A DNA stretch of 64,000 bases from the human T2T-CHM13v2.0 reference genome, Homo sapiens, in the NCBI RefSeq assembly GCF_009914755.1, contig NC_060927.1, one strand, 5' to 3'. The notes beneath the pieces were generated by a model, which did not search any database, was not told where the DNA came from, and was given only the letters and a program-made list of their open reading frames with translations. Each line of letters opens with the position of its first letter. The stretch's first letter is position 1. The translations under genes were made by a program, and so were the position numbers. This document shows, piece by piece, positions 43,778 to 57,600 of the stretch.

Positions 43778-44385
43778 TGAAGTAGCTATGTAGACTGGGG
43801 TATATAACCTGGGGTTCATCATCATGAGCCAGGAAAATTTAGGATATGAACACACATGAGGAGTTTAGGAGTGGAGGTTTAATAGGCAGAAGAGAAGAGA
43901 AAGAGAAACAATTCTCTCTGTAGAGAAAGGAGTCTCCAAGCGGAAAGGACGGGCCAGTGGTGAATGTGCTGGATTTTATAGTCCCGTTTGAAGAGGCGGT
44001 GTCTGATTTACATAGGGCTCACAGATTGGTTCAATCAGGTATGACGTTTACATAGTGCATGGGGAAGACTGGTCACCCCACCCTAATCTTATTATGCAAA
44101 TGGGCTTTCCAGTTGATCAGCACCATCTGGTCTGTTCTTTGTTGTACACATGGCTGACAAAGAGAAGGGAAGATGGAGCTGCCATCTTGAACATGTCCTT
44201 AGTTCCTGCTGGCATTCACCCGTGCAAGCTCCCAGCTTGCCTGTCTATGTCTGAAGCTCAACTTTACAGGCTGCTCTTTGTTAGAAAATGATTTGGGGCT
44301 GCTTTTCATTAAAAAGAAACACCTTACCGAGGACTTCCATACCCTTACTATCTGCCCAAGTAATTTCTTCTTAACTCCTTTATCA
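43778..44385 (-). mobile_element. ERV1 solo LTR, LTR9/MER61-like, antisense to TGFBR2
   Basis: TG...CA termini; minus strand begins tgataaaggagttaagaagaaattacttgggcagatagtaagggtatggaagtcctcggtaagg; TATA and poly(A) motifs in LTR order. Confidence 0.8.
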
Positions 44386-44950
44386 GTATCATTTAGGTAA
44401 TGGGTTCCCCTTGAGAGAATTTGGTTATATCCTCATTCTACCTGGACTATATTCTCATCACTTTTTTTTTTCTCTTTAAACACCTACTGTAGGTGAAAAC
44501 TGACAAATGAATAATCAAAAGATCCTTTTCTGACACGGAGTTTGGTTCCATACCACCTACCCATTTTTTTCCTTTCTATTCCGCAGGTGCAGAGTGGTCA
44601 GTATGGGATAATTGCTCTTCCTTAAGTAGATCATATATTCTTTCTCCTTAACATAGCACTCTTTCCACTCATCACTGACTTTTCCCATTCTTCAGAGACC
44701 AACTTAAAGGCAGTTTTTTGCTACTGTGCCTTCCATGTTTCTCTAAGCTTTTCCACATTCCACTAATATATAGATTACATTGTACATTTAGCCCCTATCC
44801 CAGATGCCATATATTGCTTACTTGTATATATGCCCTAAGTGCTCTACTGGGTACTCTCTGAGGGCAGTGCCATGCCCATCATAGACACTCAGTAGTGATA
44901 TATTTAATGAATGATTCTAGGATCTGAGCATGAGGCCTGCTCATTAATGG

Positions 44951-45097
44951 GTACTTTGGAGGGCAGATGGATGACACATAAAGCAATAGAATTCTGCATG
45001 TTTGCCCAATGAAAGCAGCCCAGCACAAGCTCCCAGTGAACTAGAGCTGCCTTTTGCTCTCTCCTGTCCACTGTCTGTTTCTATTCATGTCCTTCTT
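44951..45097 (+). repeat. Local direct duplication, copy 1 (partner 49630-49777)
   Basis: Manual alignment: 14 substitutions plus 1 gap over 148 columns. Confidence 0.95.
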
Positions 45098-46065
45098 CCA
45101 AAAAGGAAAACTATTTCACCAGAGCCAACAAGGCCAGCACATGAAACAAAGTTTGAGGCACAAGATATTATAGTTAGATATCTGGTGCTAAGGACTCTCC
45201 TTGTCAGCCCACAGGGGCCTGCTTCAGAATTCCAAGTCAAAAAACTGCAGCATTTCCATTTTTAACTTGTTTTACCTTTGCGGCCATGTTTCCATTGTTG
45301 CTATTAAATATTTCAGTTCCATGAAACTACAATTCGTATGCACACTGAAAAGAGGAATGTTGGGTGGATGTAAGATAACTGTCCAAAGAGATCCTTTCCA
45401 TGGACTCCTCTCCCTGTCACCCATGGGCCCAGGGTAGCCTGAATGCTGATGAGAGCAGAACAAGTTGGAGTTTGAAAAAGAGCAAAGATTTTGGTGCAAA
45501 CTGTGGCACGCTCTGTGTTTTTACCAGATGTCATACATGCAGATTTTTTGAAGGCAGAAGCTGTGTCATTTTTTTTCATGTTCCCAATGTCCTGAGCTTA
45601 GATAACACTCAGTAAATGGTTTGTCTTTTTATTTGGCAATATTGAGGACCTGCTGTGTGCTAAGTGCAGTTTACAGTAGTGAAGAAGACATGGTACCTTC
45701 CAGCATGGAGTTCCCTGTCCGTGGGGGATGGCAAGAGTAGGGAAAGACAGATGTGAAATCAAGAGGTAGAGTCATAGTTCATTTAGTTTAAGTTGTACTG
45801 AATTGTTACCTAGGAAAAGTATAAGGTGCTATGAAAATGTATAAAATAAGACAGTTTTCCAAGTTTTTCTAGGCCTCTCTTAAGCAGTGACATTTAAGCT
45901 GAAGTTTGAAGGAAGAGCAGGGGATGACGAACAGATGGCCAGAGGCAGGGAAGGCTGAACGAGCATGCACTTGCATCCCTGAAATAAAAATTAACAATAT
46001 CGTATCTACAAAAACTATGCAGATGCTAAAATCTATAGATGCTCAGGCATGAACCCACTTCCTGA

Positions 46066-46926
<861 letters not shown>

Positions 46927-48587
46927 TAGAGCTAGTGCTAGATCCCCTTTACCTTGAGCCTGGCCTCACCCTACCTCTTGATCCATATCTCCTGGCTCTT
47001 ATCTCAAACAGCCCTGTACTCTGGACACTGGTCTAGGGAATCTAGCCAAAGTATGGAGTCTGCCTTGAGCATACTCTGCTCTGTCCTGCCTGAGCATTTT
47101 TGCTAATGGACAGCATTTCTCCTCCTATCTTCAAATCCTTCCCAGTTCAGCACATTTTTTCCTCCTGGATCAATCCTCATTTCTCTTCCAGCAAATGTTT
47201 TTTCTTTGTTTCAAGCACTGTTAGTACTTTACCTCTATTTTTTCCCTCTCTTATGGTTGTACTCAGTCCTTTCTGCTCTATACTAGCTGTAGTTGTGTTG
47301 GTTTCTTTGTATTAAAAGCATCGTGGAAGGCAATCTCCCTGAAGTCCAAATCTACATCCACATGGTCACCCAAGATATGTAGCACAATGCCTTGAACATT
47401 GAAAGTAAAATAAGTACTTGTCGACTGAGTGAGCACTTCCACTCTTGAAGCACTCTCACAGATTAAAATGGAAATGTTTTTGGCTAAGAAACTATTGGAA
47501 GGTGATTGGAAATCACCACAACATCCCTTATAAATGATGAGCCCAGTGTTTTCACACAGTGGAGTCCATGGAGAGCCGCACTGTCTTCTTTAGCCAGGTG
47601 GCAGGACACACTTTGAAGCACTCGGTTACTGCTCAGTCAGCCCTGTGTCCATGGCAGCGCACGCAGTGTTGAGGTAAACATCGAAATATGGACAGACTAA
47701 TGTGCCAGAGTAATGAGCCATGCAATGACCTCTTGAGAAGAAAAAAATTCTCTAATACATGCCAATAAGAAACATTCCTTGGAATGATAATATCAACTCA
47801 CTTGGCTTCCCTAGATCCTTGGGAAGGTAGGACTTTATTGTTATTTAGTCAGTTTATACATACTACAACACTAAATATTTAAGTGAGCCATTCTCTGGAA
47901 TATTTTTTTCCTTTTTCATATGGATCCGACGTTTGCATATTATCAGTCATAGAGATTAGCACAGGCCTAAAAGTCAAAATAAAACTACATGGCCCACAAG
48001 TTAAAATTATAAAGTGATCCAGATTTGGTCTTTTACTGTGAAAATGCTTTTATACAATTTAATTTAGTAGAGATGTTATGCAATTGTACTATATCCTTTG
48101 CACACTGGAATGTGCCATGGGATAAACAAAGATTAAGACTCAGTCTTAAAGTGATCAAAACTGATAGCAATTATTATTTTTACCATAAGTCTTGGAGTTT
48201 CAGGAATAAAAAAAAATTCAATTTTGGAAAGCAAAAATAAACATTTAAAATATCACAAATATTGTCTCTCAGGTTATCTGTAAGGATGTTATTGAAAAAT
48301 GTGATGACATAAGTCATGGGGTTAGATAAGGCAGCTCTGGGGTTTGGCACTTCCTTATTTTGGCATGCTTTGTTTATGGTCTTTAGAGGGTTTTCAGGGA
48401 GAGAACATCTATTTTAAAAAATAACCATCTATCTGTACCTTTCTGTGCATTTCTCATTCTTTAAAACAGCACTTTGATTTTTTAAAAAAATCCTCTGCAC
48501 GTGTCAGGGGCCACCATCAGCTATATTGTGAAAATAAAAAGGCAGCTGGAATTAAATGATGGGCCTCACTGTCTGTTTTTGCTATAG

Positions 48588-48845
<258 letters not shown>

Positions 48846-49629
48846 TGATATTATACAACCATCCCAGAACTATTTGGGGTTATGCTAAACAGCCTAGGTT
48901 TTTAAACTGAAAGCCACATTTGGAGCATAAAGCTTTGTATCTCCTTTTATAAACCTTTGTATAATTACTCTTCTCTTGACACATCTCTTCACAGTTATTT
49001 AAATATCTGGCAAGAGACGAATACTAATAAATGTATAAGAATTATCTCTAATGATCATGTGGGTAATATTCAGATAAGCATCTGATTTCTTTTACTTTGT
49101 GTTTTAAGATTTTTCAGAATTATGTCTGGGAAAAAGATTTGATTCAAAATTTACTTTTATGGACATGACATTGTTTTATTGGGCAAAAAAAAAATCATTG
49201 TTTGAGATATTTGTTTAGGTTTTGAAAATTCTAGTGAAGAGGTTATTGAGGAAGGCCGTCTTCTTACTGCTTAAGCCTGCAAGACTGATTAGGAGACCTA
49301 CTTTTCTCCTGAAAAGCTGGCTTGCTCTTTTTATCCCCAAGTTCAGCCACCTACTGTTTTTTTTTTCTTTTAGGATCATTTTTCCCTGAACACACTGTCA
49401 TAGCCTCCCAGGTGCCCTCTGCTATGTCTTCTCTGCAGTTGTATGCTGAGTCCTTTTCACTGTTAGAGGCTGTTACTACTATTGACCATGAGACTGTAGA
49501 TAGAATGGGCAACAAACATCTGGGGTGCCAGGGTGAGGCTATTGTTCTAGGAAGTATTATCCCTTGTTGTCCAGAAGGCAAGAACAGTTGAGATCTACAT
49601 TACTATACCCTTTCCTGACTCTCTTCTCA

Positions 49630-49777
49630 GTACCTTGGAGGACAGATGCATGACACATAAAGCAATAGAATTCTGGCATGCTTGTCCAATGAAAGCAGCC
49701 CAACGCAAGCTCTCATTGAACTAGAACTGCCTTTCGCTGTCTCCTGTCCACTATGTGTTTCTATTCATGTCCTTCTT
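49630..49777 (+). repeat. Local direct duplication, copy 2
   Basis: gtaccttggaggacagatgcatgacacataaagcaatagaattct...ctattcatgtccttctt. Confidence 0.95.
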
Positions 49778-49876
49778 ATTTCTTAGGTGAGACAGGGTCT
49801 TAGGTCTCACCTGAGAAATCTGTGCACCCAAGTTCATCCTGGTTGGCTGCCAAATGAAGCCAAACTAACTCCACCC

Positions 49877-50168
<292 letters not shown>

Positions 50169-50184
50169 TCCATTCCATGTTTAA

Positions 50185-51100
50185 CTTTTTGTTTTGTGAT
50201 AATTTTAGACTTAGAAAATAGTTGTAAAAATAGTGGAGTTTCTGTATACTCTTAACTCAACTTTGCCTGTTGTTAATATCTAACCTAAACCATAGTATGG
50301 CTATCAAAAACAGCAAATTAACCTGGATTCAGTGTTCTTAATTAATCCATATACGTATTTGTACTTCCAAGTCCCCAGTAATGTTCTTTTCTGAAACAGG
50401 ATCCAGTCTAGGATCCCGCATTGATCTAATGTGCATGCCTCCTTAGTCTCCTTGACCTTGTGAGAGTTCCTCAGTCGATTTTTGTCTTTTATGACCTTGA
50501 CACTTGTAAAAAGTTTAAGACAGTTATTTAGACGGTCTCTCACTTTGGGTTTCACTAATGTTTTCTCATGATTAGATTGAGATTACATATTTTGGGCAAA
50601 ATTACCACAGAAATGATAGTGTGCCTATCTTCAGTGCGTCATATCAGGGGGAGTAAGATGTCCATGTGTCTGGTTATTAATGTTAAATTTGGTCCTTTGG
50701 TTAAAGTGGGACCTGCTGCTATTTGTCCATTTGTAAGTAATACATGCCTTTGACCTGTTTCTAAAGATACTAAATACCTGTTTAGCAAAGGTACTAGAAC
50801 TTTCTTATTCATCATTTACCCACTAATTTGATGATCTATGACTAATTCCTGCCTATAACAATTATTACTATAATGTTTACTTAAGGAAGATTTTCTGTTT
50901 TTCTTGTTCCTTCTATATTTATTAATATGCATTCTCCTTTAAAAAAGATCTGTCTCTTCTGACACCATCCCCTGTTCTTTGTTTACTAATTATGTATTTA
51001 TATCAGCAGGGGATTTGGGGTATTTGTTTCATTATATGAGTATCCAGTATTGTCATTATTTATTTTGTTGCTCAGGTTGCCACAGCTTGGGTCACTGGTC
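50185..51100 (-). mobile_element. Old L1 (L1MC-like) 3' end fragment
   Basis: ataattttagactta...aggatccagtctaggatcccgcatt...atgaccttgacact...gattagattgagattaca resembles the L1MC 3' UTR. Confidence 0.7.
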
Positions 51101-52749
51101 CAAACTACCCAACATTTTGCCCAAGGCAGATTCAGTTGGCACCACTGCTGGCTCTGATTCTTCATCCTGTTCAGAATATGCATAGCCAATTCTCCAGCGT
51201 GGGTCCGGGTCACCCCCTCCCATCCTGCACCCTGCTGAACCTCACATGTTTTCCTGAGACCCCCGCATGGGGATGGCACTTCCTATCTAGCTGACATAGT
51301 TATTATTATCTAGTTTCTTGACTGAGATTTCTTCCCCCAAAACACTTCCAAAAGTTAACTTTGTTTTTCCTTGCACAGTGAAATTTGTTTAACCAAGTTT
51401 CAGCCACTGAGAATAATTTTCTGCTTGAAAGCTTTGACAGTTCCAAAATGAATCTTTAGCCGGGTATGAGTTGTATCAGAGACAATGCTGTTGTCACTGT
51501 CAGAATAAATTTACCTAGATTTCAGTATCATTCCCTATCCTTTCAACTCTGTTATTCTATAAACATGAGCTGGAGATTGTGTCTCTGTCTTTCCCTCTGT
51601 CAGTGCAGCCAGCTTATTAAGGCCCTAGGTGAGCTCCCAGCTTTCATTGTTATCACTGACTAAAACCCTTGCCTGTTGATATTTGCTGAGTGTGGAAGAA
51701 TTTAAGCTAATGAGGAAGGAGTTCACCAAATTTTACAAGGTCTAAAAACAGTTAGAATATAAACAAGTTTTCCCAAGGAAGGAACAGGATATGGTTTATT
51801 CAGCTAGTCTCAAAAAACCTTTTATAACCTTAGGATAAGAAGAGACAGCCCTGGGGAACCGGAAAGAGGCCATCCCAGTTCTCATTTCGTTTGATCTTAA
51901 GCCCACAGTCCTATTTCTCCCATCTTTGCTCGGACTGCAGACACCAAGGTTATTTATCCATCCTCACGTTCGTCCTGACACAAAGCCGTTCACTTGATTA
52001 AGCGTGTGAACTCACGTAGTAAGCTCCTTCTCCCACCTTGACTTCTTCTTTTAAAAGCATTAGTGGTTTTTGTTTGTTTCTTTTTGGCATGTCTCAAAAA
52101 CCTTAAAGACAGATTTTCAGCCTAGTCTTAGTTTCAGAGGCTTTTCTTTTACATTCAAAAGGTCCTTTGGAAAGTACACGAAGCCTGAAGACAGATGGAT
52201 TCCCTCCAACTGCATTCATCTTGATGTTGTCCCTGCTGTAGCTTTTGTAGAAACACAGATGGAAGGACAGGTTTTGACCTCAAGAAGCTTGTAGTCTACA
52301 GGAAACAGTTGTTTGTTTCCTCTCCCTTCTTTTTAAAAAACTTACACATGCAGATATGTTTCTTATCTTACAAATTAAATAATGAATCCCCCTGTTTGAT
52401 GTTAGACTTTAATTTTAAGGTATAAGGAAGAGGGAAGGATGTAAAAGGTCTTTCCTTAAGCTTGAACTTCTGCAGTTTGCAGTATAGCAGATGTAATTAC
52501 CATTTTTTTAAAATCAGCAGTCTTATTTCAAAAAAGGAAATGTGGAATGTGCTTACCTTTGTATGATGAATCATAGATGGACAGTAAAGGGAACCAGATC
52601 TCCAGAGTCATCTTCTCTGTAGGCTCTGAGTCTGTGTGCTTGTGGGATCATGGATCAGGGCCACTTCTGTGACATGAAAGGCTTATGATCTGACCCATCG
52701 AGCCAGCTACCAAGCACCTGCAGAGAAGCCTGCTCAAGAGGTATGGTCC

Positions 52750-53070
<321 letters not shown>

Positions 53071-54328
53071 TCAACTGTGTGCAGAAGGATGATGGGATGC
53101 AAGTCTCCAGTGAAAACAGCTAATCTACATGACAAGTATAGTGGATCTACCCACTGAAGGAGAGTAAGTGTGGCTGCTTGGATTTCTCGGGATGACTGCC
53201 ATTGGTAATATGGATATAGCACCCCATCCTGTACTGAGAGAGTCCCTAGTTGTATTGATACTTTTTTAAGCTATGGAACATTAACCTCTCTGTTCCCAAT
53301 TGTTAATGAGCTATTGCAGAGGTGACTATTTGTTTTACTTTCTTGGATGTTAACATTACAGTACTCACTACTTGAAGAAAAATGTTCTAAGCAGCAGAAG
53401 GTCTAACTGAATGAAGTAGGATACAAGGATTAGGGACAGAAGATTTCACAGAAAACTGTGAAGTCCCACCTAGCCTGCCTTTAAGTGACTCATAAACATG
53501 GATATTAAGGCTCCAAGCTCACCTCCACGCCACATTCTCATTCTGTGTTCATCACTTCATCATGATGGATGTCTTTTAGGTCTTACCTCCAGGCTTTGTC
53601 TCATGCTATTTACTGGCACTGGAACACTTAACTAGTCTGTTTTTAACAGGCAAGTGTGGTTCAGTTGTGATAAATGCTTAGGAAGGGAAGGCAGTGAGCT
53701 CAAAGGACTGAATGCCCAGGTTGGCTACAGGGAGTGCAGTGTTATGGTCAGGGAATGAGACTTAGGTCAGCTCTTAAAGGAAGAGGAAGACTCTGGGGCA
53801 TCCTTCTGAGTTACTTCTTTACTAGCCAGTCTCCCCTGAATGCAGGGGAGCACGGGGAAAACAGAGAAAGAACAGCACTACACTGGAGAAGCCTCACTTT
53901 TATCAGGTGAGAAAACATAAACAGATGATAATAGAGCTCTTCAAAAGCCAGGTGGTACAGCTTCATTTCGCACAAAATTCCACCAGGGGCCTCGGGAGAT
54001 GTGTTGCAGTTAGGTGAAGAGAGTGGTCAGAGAGAAAGGCTTCTTATTGAAAGTACATTTGGTCCAGATAAAGAAAGCCATAAAGGAATAATTACCACTT
54101 CTTAAGCACTTGCTCCACACATCAACTCATTTAATCTACCAAAACTCTTTGAGGCCTGTACTGTTATTAATCCCATTTTACAATAAGAGAACTGAGGGCT
54201 CAGGAAGTGCGAAAGTTGTGGAGCCAGGAATCAAAGCCCTGTTGTCTGACTCTGTAGCTCACAGGCCTTAGTATTCCTGGTATACTGCTAGCCTGGCCAA
54301 TGGAGAACGTATTTAAAATAGTAGCTAT

Positions 54329-54630
54329 GGCCATGTACAGGTACAGGCTCACGCCTGTAATCCCAGCACTTTGGGATGCTGAGGAAGGCAGATCATGAGG
54401 TCAGGAGTTTAAGACCAGCCTGGCCAAGATGGTGAAATGCCATCTCTACTAAAAATTAAAATATTAGCCAGGCATGGTGGCGGGTGCCTGTAATCGCAGC
54501 TACTCAAGAGGCTGAGGCAGAGAATTGCTTGAACCCGGGAGGCGGAGGTTGCAGTGAGCTGAGATCGTGCCACTGCACTCTAGTCTGGGCGACAGAGCGA
54601 GACTCCATCCCCCCCGCCCCCCCAAAAAAA
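54329..54630 (+). mobile_element. Alu (AluS-type), sense, with altered 5' end and C-run before the tail
   Basis: Alu body; TSD aaaatagtagctat. Confidence 0.93.
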
Positions 54631-57600
54631 TAGTAGCTATGATTCCTATGATCAGTATGGATACGATAGTCAGAGCTACTCTGTGCATCCTGGCAGTTGA
54701 TATGAAGCCTTCCAGCAGAAGCTGAGGAGACAATCACATGTTTGAGGAACATTCAGTGATGGCCTCACTTCTCTGGGTGAATCCCTGTTAACAGAATCCA
54801 AGGCTGTTAATTTGTGTAGCAGGTCACAGTATTGATACCTTAAAATTTGAGATAACTGTTTTATCTTTATTTCCCTAAAGATATATTTATTCATTCATTC
54901 ACTCAAAAAGTATTTATTGAGTACCTATTGTGTTGCAGGCATTGTTTAAAATGCCAGGGATACAGCAGTTTAAAAAGCAGTGTCTTTCTTTGAGAGACAG
55001 GAAGTCTAGTGAAGAGCCAGTATTTTAGGGACAGGTAATGAACAAAGAGATTATGTAATATAATGTTGGAGTTGGGTGGGGTGGGTGGGATGATTTTAGA
55101 AAGAAAAATAGACTTGGGGGATAGATAATGAAAGAGGCTGTCATTTCAGACATTTTAATCCTCTGAAAGAATACAAAAGAAAAAAAAAAGAAAACAAATC
55201 TTTCAGAATTGTGTGAAGTAAGAACAAGACAAGAGGAGGTGATTGGTGTGTTACTGTTCTACGAAAAAGGAGAAAAAGCTTCATGAAATCGCCATTCAGC
55301 AAGGACAGAACTGGAGATGGCTTCTCTTTTACAAAGAAATCTCTGTCCCAGGCTTTCAGTCTGTTTGGTGTTCATACAAGTGTTTGTGTGTTGTGTGGAA
55401 GGCGGGGGAAGGCGGGTGAAGGCGGTCCTGTTCAGGGCCCCCTTTGGTGAACACAGCAGGCAAAATACTCTCGTCATCCCCAGCCAAACTGGCCTGCAAG
55501 CACACTGACTTCCACATCCCTAGCATTTAGGCCTTTGAATAGAAGCTGACACGTAGCAGCCAGCTGAACAAGTATTTAATGAGGAGCAACACAACTCCAA
55601 GAAGGGCTCCTTAGTGTATTGTCAAGTTGCTGCAGCCTTGTGAGATGGAAAAAAAAAAAAAAAAAAAAAGTGCAAATGAACCAAAAAGAAAGGGAAGGGG
55701 CTGGGGGAAGAAAGAGACAGAAAAAAAGGAGGCGTTGGAGAGACGGCTGAGGAGAGACCAGGATTGAAACGCTTCATTTTCCTGGATTTCAAGGGAGCAC
55801 AGTCTGGAAAGCAGATATGAAAACTCGGGGGTACTGCTTTGGGGAAAACCATCAACAACTTTGCTGCCCTGTTACATTGGGACTACAGTCAAAACAGCAG
55901 CTGTGCACCAGATGCTGACTTTCCGAGGAATACCATTGCTGTCCCAGAGACCTGCCCTCTGAGGGTTGTGGAACTGGGAAGAGACAGGCAAGCGTAGTTT
56001 TCTCTTAAGAGCCTTTTGAGACAAATTAAAAGAAGCTGCGAGGGCCGGGCGGTTGCGGGTGGCTTCCATCAGTGAAAAGACTGCAGAGAGAGGTGGCGGG
56101 AGGGAGATGGAAGTAAGAGAAAGTCGTTCTCAAGCAGTGAAATAAAGAGGTTTTTTAGAAAAGATGCCGTTTGAGGCACTCAGGGAAATTCTGAGGTGTT
56201 CAGCCCCGTCTGTCTGGCTTCAGAAACAGTCTGAGGGTGAGACAAAGACTTGGTTTGATGAACTAATTCTGCTGTGTAGGCATATGTCTTGGGTGGAGTG
56301 CCTCCAACCCTGGAACAAGAATTTGAGTACTAGTAGTTTATTTGGGAAGAGATTGCAGGAAATGCCAGTAAGAGAATGAGGAAATGAGTCAGGAAAGGGA
56401 AGGAAACCAGTAAAGGATATCTTATCAAGTGGGTTACCACCATGGGCAACTGGAGTATAACTACGGGCAGAACACACACCTCAGTGTCATACCACCTGAC
56501 TCAAAGGAAGCTGGGTGTTTTATCTTTCCAATTCCCATCAGTTTGCTGGAGGGCTGCTCCAGGCCGAGCTGGGAGGGTTCACTCCAGCCCTTCTGCCTGT
56601 TCCTCCTGGAGTTGGGCCAGCCTAACCGGAAGAGCCAGTGCAATGGGGTTGGGAGGTGGCGGTGCAGCTGGCCCTGCAGCATCACACTGAATAATTGTAG
56701 GGGGCATATGTGACTATTCTTATTTTGTGGATATAGGAAGTGAGGCACAAACTCTTGGCATCTCTTTTCTAAGTCCTCATATCTACTTTTTAAAGGAGTC
56801 AGGGCAAAAACAACAAATAATACTTACAATGCATATTGTTAGCTCTTCCACTTTTGAAGTGCTAAACTCAGTCATACTCTCTAAGCCTTCGCTTTTTCTC
56901 TTAGAGGCAATTCCAATTTTTTTTAAAAAGGTGGTTCTTGTTATAGGTTAGCCAGGTGTAACATTTTCTCTGGACTCAGCCCACACACTCCTGAACTTGC
57001 TTTTTATGCAGTTCTTCACAAGAGAGAGGCCCAAGGTCAAGCATCATTTGATCAAATGTGCAAAGAGGAACTGCATTAATTCTATTGCCAACTATGCCCC
57101 AATCTGATGCCTGTAGCTAAAATGAGATTCTCATCCTTACCTCACCTCCACCACCAGTCACATCTACTTCCCTAAACCCAGAAAGGACAAGTGTTTGGGT
57201 TTAATGTGGGTAAATAATACCAGCTAAGGAGAGGGCTGCTCTTTGTAATTGTTTTTTTGCATAGCTGGCTTAGAAATTACAAATAACAACCACCCAGCAG
57301 ATCCCATAAGGTTCCCCTTCTCAAGGTTGTATGCTGAGGAGGGCCCCATCAAGGCAGGGAGGGACACACTTGTCACATTTGGGAAGGGCATGTTCATACC
57401 AGGGACTGCCCCAGCTGTACTTGCTCTGGTTAGGGGAGAAATCTCTGCAATGCTTGGCAGAGATGAGCAAGCATGAAAGCTTCCTAAAAAGGCAAAGGCA
57501 AATTTCTTCAGAGTAACAGTAATAAAGTGCACAATTCTAAATGCTCTTCCTGGAATCCAGTGTACTATTTGGGCCTCAGTTTTCTCAACTGTAAAATGAG

